NCBI GenBank assembly: GCA_964608995.1
Contig: CAZSQS010000003.1
Coordinates: 3,602 to 67,601, forward strand
Length of the DNA stretch: 64,000 bases
Origin: an uncultured Smithella sp.
GTDB lineage: Bacteria; Desulfobacterota; Syntrophia; Syntrophales; Smithellaceae
Direction of reading: 5' to 3'
Part shown: positions 18,226 through 26,595 of the stretch, one piece after another
Layout of the letters: each line of letters starts with the position of its first letter
How positions within the stretch are numbered: the first letter of the stretch is position 1
Translations under genes and position numbers: made by a program
The notes under the pieces: generated by a model
What the model saw: the letters and a program-made list of their open reading frames with translations, nothing else
Database searches by the model: none
Told to the model about the DNA's origin: nothing

Positions 18226-19719
18226 TCATGGTTCTGGCTCTTGGTTTTTCACCGCAATGGTGACGCGCACGACGGGCGTTTTGCCTTCGGGGAAGGAAAC
18301 GCCCGAAGGTTTTACCACATTAACCTCTCGCGCGGTGGAGGCTGAAATGCCTCGCAAATCAATCGGTTCCGTTTCAAGATGGCGTTTTTCCGCTTTCATT
18401 TTGGGATCCATTAAAACCGACAGGGAAGACGGATAGGTGATCATTTTTTTAAGCGCGAGGTGATGGGGAAGCGCATGGAGCGTGCGCACGCGCACGGGCA
18501 GCGTGGCGGGAATCATTTTTAACGCGCTCACGCGGACTTTGTCCGGGTTGATGCCGGTCACCGCCAAACCTGACGGCGTGTTGACCATGTGCTTTGTCAG
18601 CGCAAATTCTTTTTTCTCCTGCGTCAGGGACGACAAATCCAAAGACAACCGAAGCGATTTCTCATCAAGCAGGCGGAAGGCTTGCTCGGACCCCTCAAAG
18701 ATGATTCTTGCCTCGGAGAGCCTCGGTTCCTCCATTTGCCAGTTTTCGGGGATATTCTTGTATTCAATCGGGATCACCACATCGCGGCGGACGACGTCGC
18801 GCTGATACCCAAAGGACACCCACAGCAGGCAGGCCAGCCCCAGGGCAAGCAGCTTTTCTTTCGTGTTTTCACGAAGCCATCCCCAGACAATTTTTTTACG
18901 GGGAGCGGGCTGAAACCGCGCGTAAAATTTTTCCAGAAGGTCATTGAGAAGCGATGCCCCTGAAATGACCGTCAGAGATTTACCCTGGGCGACGGAGAGG
19001 CTGCCTCGCTCCTCGGAGACGACGATGCACAGCGCATCGGAGCGCTCCGTCAGTCCCAGCGCCGCCGTATGGCGAAGCCCGATGTTTTCGTACTGGGAAA
19101 TATTGATGGACAAGGGCAGATGACAGCCAAACGAAGCGACACGGTTGTTTGTAATGATCACCGCGCCGTCATGGCCTGCGGAGTGCGGATCGAAGATGCT
19201 CGAAAGCAGGGGAATGCTCAGCTGACCGTCCAGCGAGATGCCGCCGGTCAAATGCCGCTCCAGCGGGTCGTGGCCCGAAATGACAATCAGCGCGCCAATG
19301 CGCTTTTTGGCCAGTTCCCCCGCTGCTTCCGCGATGATGGCGGCGGTTTTTTCCAGTTCGGACAGAGGACGCGCCTCCTTACGGAGGTTTCCCAGCATCG
19401 CCAGACGTTCAAACAACCCGCGCAAGTCTTCCTGAAAAATGACCACGAGCACAAACAGCAAAATTGCGAAAAATCCCTGGAGAACCAAAACCGTCAGGTA
19501 CAGTTGAAAAAAACGCGCGGCCAGATACACGCCGCCTAAAAGCACAACGCCCACCAGAACATAGCGCGACGCGCGCGTCTTAAACCACATCAGGAGCGCA
19601 AAAATCATGGTCGTGATAATCGCAACGTCTAAAACATCCTGAAGGCGGATGCTCGAAAAAAATGCGGTGGCTGCTGAAAGTATGTCCATGGCATGATGTC
19701 CGATTTTGTAAGATGCCAC
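18226..19719 (-). CDS. cdaA: diadenylate cyclase CdaA fused to a YbbR/CdaR-like C-terminal region
   Basis: Three N-terminal TM helices, then the DAC domain (GALIVI, HDGAVIITNN, GLRHTAALGLTE, VVSEERG). An extra TM helix follows, then about 200 aa of YbbR-like repeats. Start uncertain (GTG 19719 or ATG 19689). Confidence 0.75.
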   Translation of the reverse strand: MASYKIGHHAMDILSAATAFFSSIRLQDVLDVAIITTMIFALLMWFKTRASRYVLVGVVLLGGVYLAARFFQLYLTVLVLQGFFAILLFVLVVIFQEDLRGLFERLAMLGNLRKEARPLSELEKTAAIIAEAAGELAKKRIGALIVISGHDPLERHLTGGISLDGQLSIPLLSSIFDPHSAGHDGAVIITNNRVASFGCHLPLSINISQYENIGLRHTAALGLTERSDALCIVVSEERGSLSVAQGKSLTVISGASLLNDLLEKFYARFQPAPRKKIVWGWLRENTKEKLLALGLACLLWVSFGYQRDVVRRDVVIPIEYKNIPENWQMEEPRLSEARIIFEGSEQAFRLLDEKSLRLSLDLSSLTQEKKEFALTKHMVNTPSGLAVTGINPDKVRVSALKMIPATLPVRVRTLHALPHHLALKKMITYPSSLSVLMDPKMKAEKRHLETEPIDLRGISASTAREVNVVKPSGVSFPEGKTPVVRVTIAVKNQEPEP

Positions 19720-19800
19720 TCCTATAACGATATTGCACCCTTCCTGTCAAGGACGGACCCACGACAGGGGTAAATTTTTACGCATGCCCGATTTTGCCCC

Positions 19801-19829
19801 TTGACATATTATGGGCATATGCTTATATC
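19801..19829 (+). promoter_or_regulatory. candidate sigma-70 promoter (TTGACA-17 nt-TATATC)
   Basis: Consensus -35 at 19801-19806 and a near-consensus -10 at 19824-19829, 21 nt upstream of the DUF134 ATG. Confidence 0.4.
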
Positions 19830-19849
19830 AAGACCGGAGGAAAAAGGTC

Positions 19850-20194
19850 ATGCCCCGTCCCAAATGCCATCGTCACGTGTGCGGCGCGCCGGATGTGCGT
19901 TATTTCAAGCCCCGCGGCATTCCCGCCCTTGAGCTTGAAGAAGTCGCATTGCATCTGGATGAATTTGAAGCCATCCGCCTGGCGGATTACGAAAAACTCT
20001 ACCAGGAAGAGGCGGCAGCCCGGATGAACATTTCCCGCCAGACCTTTGGCCGCATTATTGAAGCGGCCCGCGGCAAAATTGCCGATGCGCTCATTTCCGG
20101 CAAGGCCCTCAAAATTGAGGGCGGGCCCGTCGAAACAAAATCCAACGATTCCGGGAAGAGCGATTGCCCCTCCCGGATTTCAAAAAAACCATAA
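19850..20194 (+). CDS. DUF134 (UPF0251) putative DNA-binding protein
   Basis: MPRPKCHRHVCGAPDVRYFKPRGIP... plus an HTH-like MNISRQTFGRII. GGAGG RBS. The track ORF starts earlier, at 19811. Confidence 0.8.
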   Translation: MPRPKCHRHVCGAPDVRYFKPRGIPALELEEVALHLDEFEAIRLADYEKLYQEEAAARMNISRQTFGRIIEAARGKIADALISGKALKIEGGPVETKSNDSGKSDCPSRISKKP

Positions 20195-20206
20195 GGAGTG
20201 AAAAGT

Positions 20207-20569
20207 ATGAAAATTGCGTTACCGTCTAATCAGAAATTAGTGGATGAACATTTTGGTCATTGTGAGGCCTTTACGGTGTTCACTGTGAATGCGGACAGAC
20301 AGATCGTTTCGGAAGAAACGATTGTGCCACCTGCCGGCTGCGGCTGCAAATCCAACATCGCCCAGACGCTTGCCGAAATGGGTGTCAAGCTGATGCTCGC
20401 CGGCAACATGGGTCAGGGGGCGGTGAATATCCTGGGGCAAAACGGTATTGAGGTTCTGCGCGGCTGTTCCGGCCCCGTGAAAGACGTTGCGCAAAGGTGG
20501 CTTACCGGAACGCTGACGGATTCGGGCCTGGCGTGCGCGTCTCATGAACACGGCTGCCACGAGCATTAA
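20207..20569 (+). CDS. NifX/NifB-C-terminal/MTH1175-like (dinitrogenase FeMo-cofactor-binding fold) protein, paralog 1
   Basis: MKIALPS...HFGHCEAFTVF...MLAGNMGQGAVNILGQNGIEVL, with an added Cys/His-rich tail (CASHEHGCHEH). Confidence 0.8.
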   Translation: MKIALPSNQKLVDEHFGHCEAFTVFTVNADRQIVSEETIVPPAGCGCKSNIAQTLAEMGVKLMLAGNMGQGAVNILGQNGIEVLRGCSGPVKDVAQRWLTGTLTDSGLACASHEHGCHEH

Positions 20570-20584
20570 ACACAAGGAGGGAGA

Positions 20585-21934
20585 ATGAAGACCGCTGCGT
20601 CCGCGCCGCTCAATTCCAGCGACGGACAAAACATCATTCTGGATTCCATTGCCGATGGCGTCTTTACCGTGGATCGCGACTGGCGCATTACGTCCTTTAA
20701 CCGCGCCGCCGAAAGCATCACCGGCGTGACCCGCGCCGAGGCGATTGGTCAGTTGTGCAAAGACGTCCTCAAGGCGGACATCTGCGAAAAAAACTGCTGC
20801 CTGCGCCAGACGATGAAAAGCGGCGAGCCCATCGTCAATAAAAAAGTGCATATCATTGATGCGGGCGGACGCAAATTTCCCATCAGCATTTCCACCGCGC
20901 TTCTGCGTGATGCCAAAGGCAGGCTTCTGGGCGCCGTGGAGACTTTCCGCGATATTCGCGTGGAAGAGCACCTGCGCAAGGCGATTTCGTCGAAATATTC
21001 CTTTGAGGATATTATTTCGAAAAATCACCGCATGCAGCAGCTTTTCGATATTTTGCCAGATATTGCCGAAGGCGCAAGCACGGTGTTGATTGAAGGGGAG
21101 AGCGGCACCGGCAAGGAGCTCATCGCCCGCGCCATCCATTCGCTGAGCGCCCGAAAAAAGCAGCCGTTTGTCGCCGTCAACTGCGGCGCGCTGCCCGATG
21201 CGCTTCTGGAGTCGGAACTCTTCGGTTACAAGGCCGGCGCGTTTACCGACGCAAAAAAAGACAAACCGGGCCGCTTCCGCCTGGCCGAAAACGGCACGCT
21301 GTTTCTTGACGAAATCGGGGAGCTGACGCCTGCGATGCAGGTCAAACTCCTGCGTGTGCTTCAGGAAAAAACCTATGAGCCGCTGGGCGCAACCCAAAGT
21401 ATTGCGCATAATGTCCGCATTGTGGCGGCCACCAACAAAAATCTTGACGAACTGGTCCGCAAGCGACAATTTCGCGAGGATTTATACTACCGCATCAACG
21501 TCTTTAAAATTGTCTTGCCGCCCTTGCGCGAACGCCTGGAAGACATCCCGCTCCTTGTGGAGCATTTTATTGAACGCTTCAATCTGCTCACGAAAAAAAA
21601 TATCGAAGGCGCCAGCGCCGAAGCGATGGCCGTCCTGATGGCATACGCCTGGCCGGGAAATGTCCGGGAGCTGGCCAACCTGATCGAGCGCGCTTTTATT
21701 TTGTGCAAGGGGGGGCTCATCGAAAAGCATCACCTGCCGGAGGCGCTGATTCGCCCCGCCGCCTCCAACAACACTCCGCCGCAATCGCTTTCTGATGTCG
21801 AGGCGGCCTATCTGACGGATGCCCTTCGGGCCAACAGCTGGAACCGCCTGGAAACCGCGCGGAAGCTGGGGGTGCACAAAAGCACGCTGTACCGCCGGAT
21901 CAAGGCGCTGGGTCTCATTCTTCCGCGCGCCTGA
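20585..21934 (+). CDS. sigma-54-dependent transcriptional activator (PAS - AAA+ - Fis-type HTH)
   Basis: GESGTGKELIARAIH, ESELFGYKAGAFTDA (GAFTGA variant), RERLEDIPLL, and a C-terminal HTH (ETARKLGVHKSTLYRRI). Confidence 0.9.
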   Translation: MKTAASAPLNSSDGQNIILDSIADGVFTVDRDWRITSFNRAAESITGVTRAEAIGQLCKDVLKADICEKNCCLRQTMKSGEPIVNKKVHIIDAGGRKFPISISTALLRDAKGRLLGAVETFRDIRVEEHLRKAISSKYSFEDIISKNHRMQQLFDILPDIAEGASTVLIEGESGTGKELIARAIHSLSARKKQPFVAVNCGALPDALLESELFGYKAGAFTDAKKDKPGRFRLAENGTLFLDEIGELTPAMQVKLLRVLQEKTYEPLGATQSIAHNVRIVAATNKNLDELVRKRQFREDLYYRINVFKIVLPPLRERLEDIPLLVEHFIERFNLLTKKNIEGASAEAMAVLMAYAWPGNVRELANLIERAFILCKGGLIEKHHLPEALIRPAASNNTPPQSLSDVEAAYLTDALRANSWNRLETARKLGVHKSTLYRRIKALGLILPRA

Positions 21935-21949
21935 TCGCGCTGATAATGA

Positions 21950-22000
21950 AGTCGCTTATACGCGACTATGCTGCGACCATGGTAGCATATATGCGACTTT
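21950..22000. promoter_or_regulatory. candidate upstream activator sites: GCGAC-containing palindromes
   Basis: AGTCGC-TTATAC-GCGACT (21950-21967) and TATGCT-GCGACCATGGT-AGCATA (21967-21989), then ATGCGACT. They lie 71-121 nt upstream of the -24 element. Confidence 0.3.
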
Positions 22001-22070
22001 TCTGCGATGATTTGTCCACCAGTCTTTCTCAATATACCGTAAATAAGGTAATTATTCCTTTTGGGCTATT

Positions 22071-22086
22071 TGGCATCGGCTTTGCA
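22071..22086 (+). promoter_or_regulatory. sigma-54 (-24/-12) promoter TGGCATCGGCTTTGCA
   Basis: Matches TGGCAC-N5-TTGCA with correct GG-N10-GC spacing. It is 52 nt upstream of ATG 22138 and directly downstream of the EBP gene. Confidence 0.65.
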
Positions 22087-22137
22087 TTATGTTAAGCAGC
22101 CGCTCAAAAACCGTGTCATGCGATCGCCGGGAGATTT

Positions 22138-22578
22138 ATGAAACTTGCTGTGTCCATATTCAAGGAAAGTATTTCCACTGTTTTCGATGCCGCCGATCAA
22201 CTTTTAATTATTGAAACGGCATCCGACGGATCGCGTCAAAGGTCGCTTTTAAAAATGTCAACCTCCGAGCCGGCGTCAAGGGCCATCGAACTTAAGGCGC
22301 TCGGGGTGAATGTTTTAATCTGCGGGGCGATCTCCCGGCCCATGCAGGCCTCGATGGCCTCACAGGGGATTGAAGTCCATTCCTTTGTCCGGGGGGCAGT
22401 GGATGACGTTGTTGCTGCTTACTCCGACAATCGGCTGGGTCAGGCGATTTTTTCCCTGCCGGGCTGCCACGGTCGCGGACCGGGGAATTCGTCCTGCGCC
22501 GGGCCTGGATCCAAGGCTGTGCCCGGACGGGGACGCGGCCTGCGTTGCAAACAGGGTTCACAACGGGGGCGGGCGTAG
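22138..22578 (+). CDS. NifX/MTH1175-like protein, paralog 2, with an Arg/Gly-rich C-terminal tail
   Basis: MKLAVSIF...VFDAADQLLIIE...LKALGVNVLICGAISRPMQASMASQGIEV, then the tail GRGPGNSSCAGPGSKAVPGRGRGLRCKQGSQRGRA. Confidence 0.7.
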   Translation: MKLAVSIFKESISTVFDAADQLLIIETASDGSRQRSLLKMSTSEPASRAIELKALGVNVLICGAISRPMQASMASQGIEVHSFVRGAVDDVVAAYSDNRLGQAIFSLPGCHGRGPGNSSCAGPGSKAVPGRGRGLRCKQGSQRGRA

Positions 22579-22617
22579 GCCACTTTCCGTACACTATGAT
22601 GAAAAGGAGATAAAATA

Positions 22618-23166
22618 TTGAACGCGTTTATTCCAAAACAACTGTTTTTTACCAAGGGGGTCGGCACGCATCGGGAGCAACTGCATTCCTTTGAGCTGGC
22701 GCTGCGCGATGCGGGCATTGAGAAGTGCAACCTCGTGCAGGTTTCGAGCATTATGCCGCCCGGCTGCAAGATCATCTCACGGGCGGAGGGGCTCAAAAAG
22801 CTCAAGCCCGGCGCGATTACGTTTTGCGTCATGAGTCGCTGCTGCTCCAACGAACCCAGGCGCCTCATCTCGGCTGCGGTTGGCTGCGCGATTCCCGTGG
22901 ATAAAAAAACGTATGGCTACATCAGCGAACATCACGATTTTGGTTACACCGAGCGGCAGACGGGCGACTATGCAGAGGATCTGGCTGCCGCGATGCTCGC
23001 CTCAACGCTGGGCATCGATTTCGATGTGGATGAAAGCTGGGACGAGAAAAAGGAACTTTTTAAAATCAGCGGGAAAATTGTTGGAACGCGCAATACGACG
23101 CAATCCGCTGTCCTCAAGACGAAAGATTACACAACGGTTCTGGCTGCGGCGGTTTTTGTTTTCTAA
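22618..23166 (+). CDS. pdaD: pyruvoyl-dependent arginine decarboxylase
   Basis: [46 protein letters not shown] is typical of PvlArgDC. TTG start after AAAAGGAG. Confidence 0.8.
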   Translation: MNAFIPKQLFFTKGVGTHREQLHSFELALRDAGIEKCNLVQVSSIMPPGCKIISRAEGLKKLKPGAITFCVMSRCCSNEPRRLISAAVGCAIPVDKKTYGYISEHHDFGYTERQTGDYAEDLAAAMLASTLGIDFDVDESWDEKKELFKISGKIVGTRNTTQSAVLKTKDYTTVLAAAVFVF

Positions 23167-23231
23167 AACTGATGTCGCACGGTTGCGTTCAACGTCGTGA
23201 GGACAGGCAGAACCTAAAGGAGGTTAACATC

Positions 23232-23453
23232 ATGAATGGAAGAAATCGCACAGGCGCAGGCCAGGGGCAGGGCGGCGGCCAGGGCCAGGGGCGCGGTGGT
23301 CAGGGCCGGGGACGCATGGGTGGTCCGGCGGCGGGAGGCGCAGTGGGCGTGTGTCTATGCCCGAATTGCGGACATACTCAGCCGCATGAACGGGGCGTGC
23401 CGTGCATGCAGGCCAAGTGTCCGAAGTGCGCGACGAATTTGATTCGGCAGTGA
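23232..23453 (+). CDS. 73-aa protein: Gly/Gln/Arg-rich N-terminus plus a CPxC...CPxC zinc ribbon
   Basis: [31 protein letters not shown]...CLCPNCGHT...[20 protein letters not shown] 7 nt upstream of ATG 23232. Confidence 0.6.
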   Translation: MNGRNRTGAGQGQGGGQGQGRGGQGRGRMGGPAAGGAVGVCLCPNCGHTQPHERGVPCMQAKCPKCATNLIRQ

Positions 23454-23477
23454 GAAACAGATAAGGAGGTTTATCTT

Positions 23478-23840
23478 ATGCCAAGAGGAGATCAGACCGG
23501 CCCGATGGGCTTGGGGCCAATGACGGGAAGAGCCGCGGGATTATGCGCGGGTTACGCTGTGCCGGGATGTTTAAATTCAATGCCACGGTGCGGTGAAGGA
23601 AGAAATTTTCAACGTGGGGTCGGTTTTGGCGGTCGCGGCGGCTTCGGATTTCGCCATCGCTTTTTCGCTACCGGCATGCCGGGACGAGCCTGGTTTAACG
23701 CCTCCGCAGGTGCGTTTACCCAGGCCGATCCGGACAGGGAAAAGCAGGCGCTGAAAAACCAGGCCGATGCTCTGAGCGCCGAACTTGAGGCCATTAAAAA
23801 GCGTCTGGATGAACTGTCGGCCAATGCGTCCGGAAAGTAA
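23478..23840 (+). CDS. DUF5320-family protein
   Basis: Hallmark N-terminus MPRGDQTGPMGLGPMTGRAAGLCAG, an RGG-like middle (GFGGRGGFGFRHRF) and a C-terminal coiled coil (LKNQADALSAELEAIKKRLDEL). Confidence 0.75.
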   Translation: MPRGDQTGPMGLGPMTGRAAGLCAGYAVPGCLNSMPRCGEGRNFQRGVGFGGRGGFGFRHRFFATGMPGRAWFNASAGAFTQADPDREKQALKNQADALSAELEAIKKRLDELSANASGK

Positions 23841-23867
23841 GTTCCGGCAGTTGACAGTTGGGACATA

Positions 23868-23888
23868 GACGGAAAGATTCTTTCCGTC
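23868..23888 (+). terminator. 9-bp perfect hairpin GACGGAAAG-ATT-CTTTCCGTC (attenuator or terminator-like, no T-tract)
   Basis: Read directly, 28 nt after the DUF5320 stop. Confidence 0.25.
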
Positions 23889-23944
23889 AGGACGCCGGTG
23901 GCGTGCATACACCGCTTCGCGCCGCCGGCGCCAATTGGCTTTCG

Positions 23945-23972
23945 CAGGGAACCGCTTGCGAGCGGTTCCCTG
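23945..23972. repeat. REP1-related palindrome CAGGGAACCGCTTGCGAGCGGTTCCCTG
   Basis: 12-bp arms sharing the GGGAAC.G / C.GTTCCC ends of REP1. Intergenic, 26 nt before ATG 23998. Confidence 0.5.
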
Positions 23973-23997
23973 CATCAACAGAAAGAGGGATAAAACC

Positions 23998-24360
23998 ATG
24001 AAAATAGCCATTACCACCTCCGGCAGTGACTTGAATGCGCCGCTGGACAGCCGTTTCGGCCGCGCGCCGAAATTTTTAATCTACGATGTTGAGACGAAAG
24101 GTTTCGAGGTCATCGACAACGCGCAAAGCTTAAACGCTGCGCAGGGTGCGGGTATCCAATCCGCTCAAAATGTCGCGCGTAGCGGCGCCAAGGCACTCAT
24201 CAGCGGTCATTGCGGTCCCAAGGCGTTTCGCGTACTCCAGGCGGCGGGCATTAAAATTTACACGACAACGGCGACGACAGTCAACGAAGCGATTGGTGAA
24301 TATCATGCGGGCAAGCTGACCGAAGCCGCCTCGGCGGATGTGGAAGGGCACTGGGTATGA
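23998..24360 (+). CDS. NifX/MTH1175-like protein, paralog 3
   Basis: MKIAITTSGSDLNAPLDSRFGRAPKFLIYD...GAKALISGHCGPKAFRVLQAAGIKIY. Confidence 0.8.
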   Translation: MKIAITTSGSDLNAPLDSRFGRAPKFLIYDVETKGFEVIDNAQSLNAAQGAGIQSAQNVARSGAKALISGHCGPKAFRVLQAAGIKIYTTTATTVNEAIGEYHAGKLTEAASADVEGHWV

Positions 24361-24851
24361 ACCATTTGCAGATACGCTGCAAACCGATCGGCGTGATTCG
24401 CAGCGAGCACACTTCAACAGAAGAAACTCCCATTCAACCCGTTTATGCCAAGATGTGCCATGGTCTTGTCGAAGTGTTTCCGGAATACACAGCGGGCTTA
24501 AAGGATCTTGAAGGTTTTTCGCATCTTTATCTACTGTATTACTTCCACGCTTGCAGGGAGGTCAATCTGACGGTTAAGCCTTTTTTGCAGGATATTGAGC
24601 GCGGTGTGTTTTCCACACGGGCCCCGTGCCGTCCCAATTTTATCGGTCTGTCTGTGGTGGAGCTGCTGAGTATGGAAGGTCATGTCTTACGCGTTGAGGG
24701 TGTGGATATTCTCGACGGCACGCCGCTTCTGGACATTAAACCCTACACGGAAAAGTTTGATTTGCGCGCCGTCACCAAAAGCGGCTGGCAGGATGATGTG
24801 GATGAATCAACCGCCCACCGGCGGGGAAAGAGAGGGTATAGCCGAGCATGA
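24357..24851 (+). CDS. TsaA/YaeB (TrmO-like) SAM-dependent methyltransferase family protein
   Basis: IGVIRSEH...EGFSHLYLLYYFH...RPNFIGLSVVEL...DILDGTPLLDIKPY. ATGA overlap with the upstream gene. Confidence 0.8.
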   Translation: MNHLQIRCKPIGVIRSEHTSTEETPIQPVYAKMCHGLVEVFPEYTAGLKDLEGFSHLYLLYYFHACREVNLTVKPFLQDIERGVFSTRAPCRPNFIGLSVVELLSMEGHVLRVEGVDILDGTPLLDIKPYTEKFDLRAVTKSGWQDDVDESTAHRRGKRGYSRA

Positions 24852-25735
24852 AATCTTCCATTGACTGTATTCCCTGTTTCGTCCGCCAGGCGGCCGACGC
24901 GGTGAGCTTCGCGGCGCCGAAGGATGAAGATCGTAAACGTTTGATGCGCATTGTTCTGGAGTGGGTAAGCCATATCAATTTTGATCTGTCTCCGCCTGCC
25001 GCCGTTCAGATGATCCATCGACAATTGCGCGCCCTGACGCCTGCTGAGGATCCGTATCGTGCGGCCAAAGACCGTCAAAACGACCTGGCGGCGCGCCTGA
25101 TGCCATCGGTCCGCAAAAGAATTCTCGCGTCCTTTGACCCGCTGGACATGGCCGTGCGGTACGCGATTACCGGAAATATTCTTGATCTGGGCGCAAAAAA
25201 CAATCTGGGAATGGGGGATATTTACGCGGAATTTCAAAGCGCCTCGATCCAACCGGTTTTTGGCGACATGGCGGCGCTCAAGAAGGCCCTCTCGGGTGCC
25301 AAAAATATTTTGTATCTGGCGGACAACGCCGGAGAAATATTTTTCGACCGACTGTTGATCGAGCAGCTGGGCGGTCATAATGTGACGCTGGCCGTGCGTG
25401 GCGCGCCGGTGATCAACGACGCGACCCGCGAAGATGCTCTGGCGGCGGGTCTCGACGAAATCGTGAAGCTTATTGATAACGGTTCCGATGCGCCGGGGAC
25501 CATTTTGTCGGACTGCGGCGATGAATTTCGCCGGTGCTTTGACGAAGCGGATCTGATTATCGCCAAGGGCCAGGGCAATTTCGAGTCTCTCTCGGACGAA
25601 CCGCGTGATATCTTCTACCTGTTTCGGGTGAAGTGTCCGCTCATCAGCCGCCATGCAGGTTTCCCGGTTGGCAGCTATGTTGCCGCCAGTCGATGCGGCG
25701 GCCACCCTCCCAAATCTGAAAGAAGCGAATCATGA
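24848..25735 (+). CDS. DUF89 (ARMT1-like, damage-control phosphatase family) protein
   Basis: CIPCFVRQA..., LYLADNAGEIFFD, IIAKGQGNFESL. ATGA overlaps at both ends. Confidence 0.75.
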   Translation: MKSSIDCIPCFVRQAADAVSFAAPKDEDRKRLMRIVLEWVSHINFDLSPPAAVQMIHRQLRALTPAEDPYRAAKDRQNDLAARLMPSVRKRILASFDPLDMAVRYAITGNILDLGAKNNLGMGDIYAEFQSASIQPVFGDMAALKKALSGAKNILYLADNAGEIFFDRLLIEQLGGHNVTLAVRGAPVINDATREDALAAGLDEIVKLIDNGSDAPGTILSDCGDEFRRCFDEADLIIAKGQGNFESLSDEPRDIFYLFRVKCPLISRHAGFPVGSYVAASRCGGHPPKSERSES

Positions 25736-26595
25736 AAATTTCTGTTGCCTCCGGCAAGGGAGGAACTGGTAAAACCACGGTATCTGTTAATCTGGCCCGG
25801 ACGATGGCCTCAAGTGTGGCGCTTTTGGACTGCGATGTGGAAGAGCCCAACGCGCACCTGTTTCTTAAGGGGGAGGTCATTGACGAGGAGGTGGTCACGC
25901 TGCCCATTCCCAGGGTGGATGAATCGCTATGCGACGGTTGCGGCCTGTGCAGTAAAATCTGTGCGTTTAACGCGATTGTCACCTTCGGCACAGCGCCGCT
26001 GATTTTTCCGGAATTGTGCCATGGCTGCGGCGGCTGTGCGCGTGTTTGTCCGCCTAAAGCCATTACCGAAGAGGGACGACGCATCGGTGTGGTGGAGACG
26101 CGACGCACGGCGGACATTACGCTCATCACCGGGCGGCTCGATGTCGGGGTGGCCATGTCGCCTCCTCTGATCCGCGCCGTAAAGGCGCGCCTGAAGCAGG
26201 GGATGCCGGCGATTCTGGATGCGCCTCCCGGGACATCGTGTCCGGTGATTGCCGCGGTGCGGGATACGGACATCGTGCTTCTGGTAACGGAACCCACACC
26301 GTTTGGCCTCAATGATCTCTCTCTGGCGGTGGATATGGTGCGCGAGCTTGGCTTGCCCTTCGGCGTCATCATCAACCGCATGGGCTCGGGTGACAACCGC
26401 GTGCAGGATTACTGTGCAAAGGAGGGCATTGACATCCTGATGGAAATTCCCGATGACCGGCGCATCGCCGAGGCCTATTCCCGTGGCGAGATCATGGTGG
26501 ATGCCCTGCCCCACTATCGAATCCTTTTTGAAAATCTTTTAACAACCATCCGCAAGCGGATCTCTGAGGAAGAAAAACGTTATGCCAACCTTTAA
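25732..26595 (+). CDS. MinD/ParA-type P-loop ATPase with an inserted 2x[4Fe-4S] ferredoxin module (copy 1)
   Basis: SGKGGTGKTT, LLDCDVEEPNAHLF, CDGCGLCSKICAFNAI...CHGCGGCARVCPPKAI, and a DAPPGTSCP Walker B region. Confidence 0.85.
   Translation: MKISVASGKGGTGKTTVSVNLARTMASSVALLDCDVEEPNAHLFLKGEVIDEEVVTLPIPRVDESLCDGCGLCSKICAFNAIVTFGTAPLIFPELCHGCGGCARVCPPKAITEEGRRIGVVETRRTADITLITGRLDVGVAMSPPLIRAVKARLKQGMPAILDAPPGTSCPVIAAVRDTDIVLLVTEPTPFGLNDLSLAVDMVRELGLPFGVIINRMGSGDNRVQDYCAKEGIDILMEIPDDRRIAEAYSRGEIMVDALPHYRILFENLLTTIRKRISEEEKRYANL

Noticed and set aside
23232-23840. Gly-rich small proteins as RiPP precursor peptides for the downstream radical SAM and methyltransferases.
   Set aside because: One is a recognisable DUF5320 protein and the other carries a structural zinc ribbon. 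There is no leader/core organisation, protease or exporter gene. I kept this only as a remote alternative.
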